Shown here: piece by piece, positions 54,665 to 64,000 of the stretch
Layout: each line of letters opens with the position of its first letter
Numbering within the stretch: position 1 is the first letter of the stretch
Source: Octopus sinensis
Lineage: Eukaryota
Assembly: GCF_006345805.1 (NCBI RefSeq)
Contig: NC_043013.1
Coordinates: 30,256,001-30,320,000, forward strand
Length of the DNA: 64,000 nt
Direction of reading: 5' to 3'
The notes under the pieces: model-generated
What the model was told of the DNA's origin: nothing
The model's database searches: none
The model's input: only the letters and a program-made list of their open reading frames with translations
Position numbers and translations under genes: made by a program

Positions 54665-55012
54665 TTAAATACATATGAGGTACCACTCATAAAATTCCTT
54701 TTACGCTAGATGGAACATCATTGTTGATGAAGACTTCGCCTAGCAAGTTATTTTATTTGCTAAAAAAAGTCAGAAATCACGGTCCAGGAAATAGATGGTA
54801 AATGCTTTTATTTTTCATTCCTTTCGAGTTTTTATCCCTAATAGTGGCTTGGACTTTAGCTCTTCTATCTAGCGTGCAAGACATCCTATTTCGGATGCCT
54901 TTTATATGTTTAAATGTACACTGTATTTATATGAATAATATATAGTCTAATGACTAATTTTCCTACACTCTAGGCCACAGTTAATTAAAAATTTGTAAAC
55001 TCTTTATTACCC

Positions 55013-55043
<31 letters not shown>

Positions 55044-55073
55044 CATATATATATTATATATATATATATATAC

Positions 55074-55114
<41 letters not shown>

Positions 55115-56197
55115 CATATATAATTGCATATATGTATATGTAGATGGTTATGTGACTAAGAAGGCCTCATTGCAACTGAAGGCTTTTATTTGAGGTTCAG
55201 TATCGAAGGATTATGCATATAGCAATTACTTTGTACGGTAGATTCAGTAAAGCCAGTACCCTCTCAAGAGATTCTGAAAGGCAGAAAATCTTTATATATT
55301 AACGTGCATGGTCATATATTGATGTGGATGTGCGTATGCGAGCACTAGTCCTCGTCTTCGTTGATCGGTGCAAACATTTAAGTCAGAAAATTAAGATGTG
55401 TGCGTTCCGATAAATAGATATTGAGGAACTGTATACTAAAGTGCAACAGCTCCTGTTACCCACATTATCGTGTAAAAACGTCCAAAAGTTTTAATATTGA
55501 ATAAAAAAATTAATTGAATATATGATTTGATGAAAATATACGTTCCTAACCCTTGGGGAATGGAAAACGGTTGCATGAATTAGTGAGGGAATTGCGAAAA
55601 ATATACTAAACAAAATAGTTTTGTCCTTCAGGATAATTTTAAAATTATTCCGACCATTATAGTTGTTTGTCTCTCACGATAAAATTTCAAATCTCATTAT
55701 CTAAAAGTGCCGTAAAATATTTTTTTTACTTTGATGCTGACCATATCTATGTAAATTTTTGAAGCATGAATAGTTGATGTTCGCTATTCTCCAACGAAAC
55801 ATCAGTTGATTATGTTCATTGTTTAAGGGTTAATGATTGCTTCACTTCTCTTATAAGACGAAATTAATTTCGTTGTTAACTCCACGTCGTTCTGCAGAAA
55901 CATAGTAACGTTCGCTGCAGACCAATATTCTTTCTATTTCTAACAATGAGCTCACATTTGTGCATATTTGCCACCTTGCAGGTATGTATTATGTTCTAAG
56001 ATTTAATTTTGAGGACTTTTAGACATTACGTCTTTGGTTAAACTTGCTTTCCATTGTCGAGGAAATAGAATGCCAGAAGAGTGACGCTTTATATGTTTTC
56101 AGGCATTTTACTTGAACAAAATTATTTGCAAAGAGAAAGTGTGGTTGCTGACATACAATTACATACATGAAGGTACATGTGTATGTATGTATGTATG

Positions 56198-56231
<34 letters not shown>

Positions 56232-56392
56232 TGTATGTATGTATGTATGTATGTATGTATGTATGTATGTATGTATGTATGCATGTATGTATGTACGTAC
56301 GTACGCATGTATATACGTATATATAATATATATATATATATATACATATATATGTATTTATATATATGCACATATATATATATATATATATA

Positions 56393-56665
56393 TAGCAATT
56401 AAGGACAACTACTTAATAAGGAAAACTTAACAAGAAATTGTCAGGTAGATAGCGTAAAAACCTCATAAGAGAAAAAATTTCGAAAATAATTATTTCTTAT
56501 TGAACATATTAGGTCATATACAGGTCTATATATTTTTAAATGTCTTCTTTGAAAAATTGCATCATTCGTGGGATTAGTAATATTTTTAGTAGAAATGACT
56601 GATTGTCCCTCTTAGCGTATGGCGTGTATGTAGAATGCCTCCTGGCATGTATGTATAATGCCCTC

Positions 56666-56676
<11 letters not shown>
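56393..56676. mobile_element. Second, shorter and internally inverted copy of the 481-nt monomer family
   Basis: 56393-56511 matches 45300-45418. 56521-56676 matches the monomer from CAGGTCT onward. (TA)n flanks both sides. Confidence 0.88.
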
Positions 56677-56697
<21 letters not shown>

Positions 56698-56819
56698 CAT
56701 ACATATATATGCGTGTGTGTGTGTGTGTTACCGTGTGGGTGTACGTGTGCATGCATGTGTGTGTACATGATGTGTGCATACATAATATATGAACATATAG
56801 AAACGCACACACACACACG

Positions 56820-56859
<40 letters not shown>

Positions 56860-57296
56860 TATATGGACGTATTGCTTGTGAGCAACATGCCTATAAACGT
56901 GATATATTACCATTTATTTTGTAGAACAACGTACACCTCACTAGACTTTGTAAGTATAAATGTAATCATAAGATGCAAATCCAAAATCTTCGATATCCAT
57001 AGAATAAATTATGATAATTACATAGTAGCCGTCCAATGTTCGCAAATGTAAGGAAGGGAAATACATGCTGTTCAGTCATGTAAGTTATGAAGTTGAAAAT
57101 ATTCTACGAAGTTATCAACATAATAAAGAATAAAACAAATTACAGATAAAAGATTTTGTCGTCTGATATTACGATAGTAAGGTAACGGCATAACATTCCC
57201 TAGATATAGTTTGCAGCGAATGTTAGCATAAGTTGGCAATGTGTCTCTGGATGCAAGGGAATGAACGGATATATATATATAATATATTCTACTAGC

Positions 57297-57343
57297 AAAA
57301 CTGTCTGATGAACGGCAACGGGAAACTGAGAGTAACAGGTTTT
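57297..57343 (+). ncRNA. Minimal type I hammerhead-like motif, followed by the sequence that starts the 29 kb PLE
   Basis: aaaactgt CTGATGA a-cg-gcaa-cg-g GAAACT gag AGTA acaggtttt. About 57377-57440 matches 29108-29175. Confidence 0.65.
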
Positions 57344-57474
57344 GTTGAATTTTCTGCTGCTTTAAATAAAGCATATTACTCTACCACTGGTATTTGAGTA
57401 CTCTTTTTTCCACCTTGTTTCACATTTATATGTTTACTCCGGTATATGTACATATATATAGATACATATATATG

Positions 57475-57506
<32 letters not shown>

Positions 57507-57817
57507 GGTATTTATATATATATGTATATATGTATGTATATTCATATATATATGTAGATATCTACGTATATACTGGATTAAAATACCCACAGACAAAAAG
57601 AAAAAACGTAACAAAGAACGTGTGAACGTAGCACAAGCAATGCATTAAAAAGAGGCTCAGAGAAGGAAATAGTAGTAGTTTTACATTTCGAGCATAACTC
57701 TTCTTCTGATACAGGAAAAACAGGAAAGTTTAAAACAAAGGAGGCAAAAAAATCGCCAACAATGACGTGCAGTTACATGCACACACACACGCACGTATAC
57801 ACACACGCGCACACACA

Positions 57818-57888
<71 letters not shown>

Positions 57889-57889
57889 T

Positions 57890-58385
57890 GTGGTCAGGTA
57901 GTCGCAGTCGTAGACTCGCGGTCGTAGGGTCACAGTATCGATTCCCAGGCCGGGCATTGTGAGTGTTTCTTAAGCATAAACTCCTAAAGCTACACGAGCC
58001 TGCGGCAGAGGGGGGGGGGTGAACCCTGCTGTACTCTTTCACCACAACTTTCTCTCACTCTTTCTCCCTGTTTCTGTTGTAGCTGTATTTCAAACGGTCA
58101 GCCTTGTCACACTCTGTGTCACGCTGAATCTTCCCGAGAACTACGTTAAAGGTACACCTGTCTGTGAAATGCTCGCCCACTTGCACGTTAATAAATGAGC
58201 TGCGACGTCACTGGTACCAAGCTGTATCGGCCTTTGCATTTCTCTTCGATAACATCGGTGGCGTGGAGAGGGGAGGCTGATATGCATGGGCAACTGCTGG
58301 TCTTCCATAAACAACCTTGCCTGCACATGTGCCTCGGAGGGTAACTTTCTAGGTGCAATATCATTCACGACCGAAGGGGGTCATA
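57890..58385 (+). mobile_element. Composite tRNA-derived SINE
   Basis: The head resembles the reverse complement of 21780-21885, the middle resembles 39930-40050, and the 3' part resembles the reverse complement of 15360-15550. Confidence 0.65.
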
Positions 58386-59460
58386 ACAACAACATATACA
58401 TATAGAGAGAGAGGGAGAGGGGGGAGGAGTAAAAAAGAGATAGGTGATGATGAAGGTCAGACAAAGAATTGTAAATGTAATGAAGGAGAGTGAATTTGTT
58501 GGTCTGTCTTTTATATTCACATCTTCAAAACGTTGAAGATTTCTCTATGATATGCATTTCCTCACAGTACATGTTTAGCAGCTTGCCTCTTATGCTTACA
58601 ACTTGAAACATTTTCAAGTTAGAGTATTACTTCACCCTGATTGGTGAATTGTATTCTGAATGCATGTAGTTATTGTGGAAAATCTATCCAATTTTATGCA
58701 ATACACAGAGGCACATGCATACAGGAATATGAAATTTAACGAATAAGGTTATTTACCAGAAGCATATAGTTACGTTTATATTATTCAATAAAATGTTAAA
58801 ATATGTAATGTGAATAATTGAAGCTATTCTTCTCCAACTAATATGATTTTAGTATATGATATTGAAATCTAAGTAATATTACGACTTCAATGAAAATAAA
58901 GAGAGTTTAATATCCTGCATTGAGAAATATATCCAGTTGAAATAGATACAGTAATTGAGGACAAATAGGCACACTCTTACTTACCTGAAAAGTGAAGAAA
59001 ATGTAGATACGCAAATGCATGTATACATACTGAAGTATACATTTACGTATATACATACATTGGGCCCTGGGAACTGTAACATGCTGCTTAAATACCATTC
59101 TTGAGAAATTAGGCCACTCAAAACCAGAAAGGAGAAAGCTAATTCGGAGACTATAGTGCCAATCCACCACTGGAACTAGAAAAGTCTGTAAAACTTTACA
59201 GAAGTTTGTCATTTAAATATATATGAGCATGTCTAGGTATGTAACTCATTGCATGAGAATATATACATAACGCAAAACATGCAAATCTGCACATATACAT
59301 ACATACAAAAATATATACCCGCTTGTTGATGTTGAAATTTCAATGACGGAGCGTTGGATCCAAAATAGAAACGGGCTCTTTCATTTTGGGAAGAAATCTT
59401 GAAATAAAACTGAATAATGAATATATACATACATACATACATACTACATACATACATATA

Positions 59461-59491
<31 letters not shown>

Positions 59492-59504
59492 CATATATAT
59501 ACAT

Positions 59505-59543
<39 letters not shown>

Positions 59544-60565
59544 CACGCGCACATGTAGACACACACCCACGCATGCACACACATACGCGTATACATACAT
59601 TAAATAAAGTTCTACCCTTCAGGATATTGGTGACTGTTTCCATTGTAAGAAGCCATCATTATTCCTCTTGTTAGCATAATGATTGAATCCATGTCCCTTA
59701 ACTATTCCATGACAATATGTTGAATATGCTGATGATGTAAAATATTTTGATTAATCTGTCAGATATTCCTTAGATACTGTATAAATACCTTACATTTAAC
59801 TTACAGAATTTTCTCTCAATCTTGGAGCTATCCCTTGAGACCTGAAGTGAATATATTTGATATGGTTGAACAGACCTAAACATATCTAATATCATATTTG
59901 CTTCTTTTCAAAGTGATTGCAATGGCTTTCCTTGTACACGAAGTTAGGTCATTAATTGGTTTCGTTCCATTAATTTGTTTTTATTCCCTATTTACTTTTG
60001 TTTTTATTCTCCATCTCTTTCGTTTACGTAGTTAACGCAATTTTATTCAAGCAGTTTATATAAAATGTTTATAATGGAGTAAATATATTCAACCCCAAAG
60101 CACTAAGCGTCTTAGCAACTTAAAATTCAGAACTGCGTTCTGTAGCTTATTTGCATATTTCCTGATTATGTGAATGGATAGAAGTTTAAAAATCGGCTAG
60201 ACAAAATTGCATCTTTATACGAAGTAAAATGTCTAAAACAGCCACGAGACTTTTATTGATAATTCAATTTACAGAAGTGTATTTTTGATAGCGTTTCAAA
60301 TAATAATCTGTTTTAAAATAATCGTCTCCACGGCACGATAGGTATTATGTTTTTACTGCTTTTTAAAGTGCTTGTCGACATCTATCATTTCGCAAATTTC
60401 TACGTACTTTAGACCCCAGTTATAAACATCTCGAATATCGTTATCTCCATATATCTCAATCCCAACCATATCTTATCTAAATTTTATTTCGTCATATATA
60501 TCTCTACAAATACATTTGCATAATCACTAACTCTACCACTACTACTAGCTACCTATTTCTTAATT

Positions 60566-60797
60566 ACCCACAAGGGGCTAAACACAGAGAGGACAAACAA
60601 GGACAGACATAGGTATTAAGTCGATTACATCGACCCCAGTGCTTAACTGGTAACTGGTAACTGGTACTTAATTTATCGACCCCGAAAGGATGAAAGGCAA
60701 AGTCGACCTCGGCGGAATTTGAACTCACAACGTAACGGCAGACGAAATACCGCTAAGCATTTCGCCCGGCGTGCTAACGTTTCTGCCAGCTCGCCAC
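60566..60797 (-). mobile_element. tRNA-derived SINE family B
   Basis: Minus-strand head ggcgagctggcagaaacgttagc..gagttcaaattcc. Other copies at about 1483-1568, 6903-7558, 27710-27922 and 51250-51785. Confidence 0.8.
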
Positions 60798-61148
60798 TAC
60801 TACTAGCTACCGTTACTATCTCCATTTATTAAGAAACTACTAAACAATATCTTGGAAATGCACGATCTAGTGACATTGTATTTTACATTAGTACCATCCC
60901 AGCTAACACCAAAAAGAAACATTACACCATTATTTTATGAATTACGTTCGCAAAACAATCATTAATCACCGTATAATGATTGAGCTGCTGCATAGTCGCT
61001 CGATATTCTAGATATAAATTCTGAATAAAAGTCGAAACCCTTCGAACTGTGTATTTAAAAGCAACGCAAAAATCAGTGGATGATGGTGTCATAGAAACGT
61101 TATGCATGAATTATAAAACTAGGATAGTGAAGGAAAGCAAACTATATT

Positions 61149-61540
61149 ACTCTTTTTACTCTTTTTACTTGTTTCAGTCATTTGACTGCGGCCATGCTGG
61201 AGCACCGCCTTTAGTCGAGCAAATCGACCCCGGGACTTATTCTTTGTAAGCCCAGTACTTATTCTATCGGTCTCTTTTGCCGAACCGCTAAGTGACGGGG
61301 ACGTAAACACACCAGCATCGGTTGTCAAGCAATGCTAGGGGGACAAACACAGACACACAAACACACATATACATATATATATATATACGACAGGCTTCTT
61401 TCAGTTTCCGTCTACCAAATCCACTCACAAGGCATTGGTCGGCCCGGGGCTATAGCAGAAGACACTTGCCCAAGATGCCACGCAGTGGGACTGAACCCGG
61501 AACCATGTGGTTGGTTAGCAAGCTACTTACCACACAGCCA

Positions 61541-61543
<3 letters not shown>
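61149..61543 (-). mobile_element. tRNA-derived SINE family A, full length
   Basis: The reverse complement gives gtggctgtgtggtaagtagcttgctaaccaaccacatggttccgggttcagtcccactg and the same body as 27205. Confidence 0.85.
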
Positions 61544-61579
<36 letters not shown>

Positions 61580-64000
61580 CGCCCGAGCGTATACAAAAAT
61601 AAAATTATAAACCAAGCAAATATGTAAGGATCGTTAATATGTTTACAACAATATCATGCATAATACAAGCAATGTATCCCATAATTCTTCTGTTGAACCC
61701 TCCAATCTTGGAGATCCTACATGAAAGTTTTTGAGGTCTTCGTCTAACTAATGAATAAAAAGATTATGTATAAGTGATACGGCAGCCGCCTGAGAAATCA
61801 GCTCCGGGAGGTGGAGTAGCTGCTGCATGGCGGCCAAATCCAAGGGGCGCGGATGGACACGCCATTTTTTTCCAGGATATGTGACCCATCGACTTCACTT
61901 CATTCATTTTCTACTACTTCATCATCTTTTGCTTTCTTTTCCTTTTTTAAGCATGCTTTTTGTTTTGTTTCTTTGTGTTTAAATATTATCAGTAAAAATT
62001 CCATTTGTTATATGTAGAAATAAGTCATATTTTAATAAAAGTTGAAACATTTAAGCTTCAAATAGATGAATAAACATGAAAGTAAATAGAAAGAAATAGC
62101 ACTGAAACATTGTGTCCGCGATTTTTCCGCCTCATTTACTTCTGTGTCAGATCATTTCATGTATGATGATCACGTGTTTGTTTTCTTTTCGAACAAACCT
62201 ATTTAGTAAAAAAAAAGGATATACTACTTCCAAGCTTCGATCAACCAATGAACATCTAATTTTTCTTATTATACAAAATGTTTTTGTGTTATCACTCCAC
62301 TTACTCTACATAACATTTCCCTGTTGTTTTGAATCTGAAGGGGATATTCGTATTCAGGTTGTTACAGAAATTTCCAAATGAGCGGCAAAAATTATAGCCA
62401 ATGTTTGCCCGAGTTCTCTCGTTGCTTTTGCAGCCTTCTTTCACATTGCACTGTTCGTTTTTGTTGGGTAAGATTCATTTTAGCGTCAAGTATTTGGTTT
62501 TGTAAATAGAACATTCCATTTCATTTATTCTGTTGATTTGCTCACTGCCTTATCGTTGCTACTTTGCGAGAAATTTTGCGTAGTTCAATTATATTTGGCC
62601 ATTCGTTGAATTATATGTGCTTGAACAAACTGTGCTGAGGAACAGAACAATAATGCAATCTAAGAAAAACCCCTGTGGCTTACGTGTTCTCATCATAAGT
62701 AACATTACTACATTTTTTTATTTACATATTCTTTCATAATTTTTTATTAATAATATTTTTTCTACAAACGTTAAGCTGAATCTCGATTACTTAGTTATTA
62801 GATTATTCTAAAATTTGATATATGTTATATTGGAAATTACAAAAAAAATGCTTCTATGTTATTTTATTTCCTTACCGTTATAAATATATAGATATTTATA
62901 TGTATAAATGTTCAGAATATAGTGACATTTATTAAAAAAAATATTTAATTATGAAATATATTTTGACATCTAGGATTCCATATTTTACAAATAAAATAAA
63001 TATACCATACATGAATTTAATGGATAAATTGAATAAATTAACTTTTCACCAGGTGGCGAAGTAGTATATAAATTAGAGTATAAGGCAGACTCGCTGTACT
63101 CCGAGTTATATCCTGTGAGTTAAAAGTGTGCTTTTATCCTTTTAGAGGCAGAATAGGGTACCAAGCCAAGATGCTGGATAAATGGAACTGAAAGAGATCA
63201 TACACCTTCTTGAGGTATTTGTTCTGTCCCTTTACCTTCCGAGTGTAATTACAGTTACGGCTTACGTGGCTAATATACATAATCGATTCTTTTGTCTAAC
63301 TACACCATCTACAACCGAAGAAATTGTGTGATGGTGATGTGGTCATTGCCTACTCTCCTGACCGAAAGAATGGAACAATACTCAAAAAATTATCTAGCGT
63401 TGAATGGACGGAGAGACAGAGAAACACCGATTATATTACGATATAGATTCTGCTTGCAGCGTTGCATTTATTATGAGTTTGTTATTTCATTGCATCGTTT
63501 AGAAGATTAAAATTATTCTGTTCTTCTGTTATCGGAGTCACTTCTCATTACCGTCTTAGTTGCCAAATTGTTAAGATTTTTCATGAAACAGAATCAAATA
63601 AAAAACCAAACTATATTTCTATTCCTAGGGGAGACATTTCAAAAGTTTTGTTTTACACTCTTGTTGCATATGCTAATACATAAAAAGTTCAACAAAAGTT
63701 AACTCAGGTTAGAATAGAAAACAAGAAGAATAAATCCAAACAAAAGAAATATATATACACGTCTTTTCATTGCAAAATCCGGTAATAATGATAATAAATT
63801 ATTGCTATGAAAATATTGACAATAACAAAATAAGTTTCTGTCTCGCCAAAATCAATAAAAGAATAAAGTTATCAACCATATAATATTGTTGATTGTTCTC
63901 AACATTTATCTGAATATTGAGAAATAGTTGGAATGTTTGGCAGAATTTATTGGAGTTTTGAGCAGAATATTGAAGCGGTTTTGAGCTGATGTGTCTTGCT

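Noticed and set aside
57679-57710. Minus-strand CAGAAGAAGAG..CTCGAAATGTA hammerhead-like string
   Set aside because: The core is mutated and neither stem I nor stem III pairs.
61780-61870. CpG-rich 90-bp island
   Set aside because: Short open frames only, with no splice-bounded exon or recognisable family.
63146-63215. Acceptor/donor-like bounded segment on the plus strand
   Set aside because: Stop codons in all three frames.

Overview
AT-rich, microsatellite-dense animal genomic DNA. It is most likely cephalopod (Octopus-like), inferred from repeat content only. No host gene can be called with confidence, and most six-frame ORFs are microsatellite artefacts. The window contains: (1) a near-full-length, frameshifted Tx1/L1-clade LINE (8635-13578) that splits the tRNA-like head of a SINE, with a degenerate target-site duplication; (2) a frameshifted Penelope-like element (RT plus C-terminal GIY-YIG, 29108-31364); (3) about a dozen type I hammerhead ribozyme motifs in short non-coding elements embedded in (TA)n, including two homologous perfect fold-back elements (19111-19431, 36439-36872) and a 481-nt tandem-plus-inverted retrozyme-like element (45292-46424) with a second rearranged copy (56393-56676); (4) R4/Dong-like RLE LINE 3' fragments nested in trinucleotide repeats; (5) RTE, mariner and maT remnants; (6) several tRNA-derived SINE families; (7) a few weak candidate host exons. 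The best candidates for an undescribed system are the hammerhead-bearing fold-back/tandem elements and the apparently SINE-head-targeted Tx1-like LINE. All alignments and folds were done by eye.
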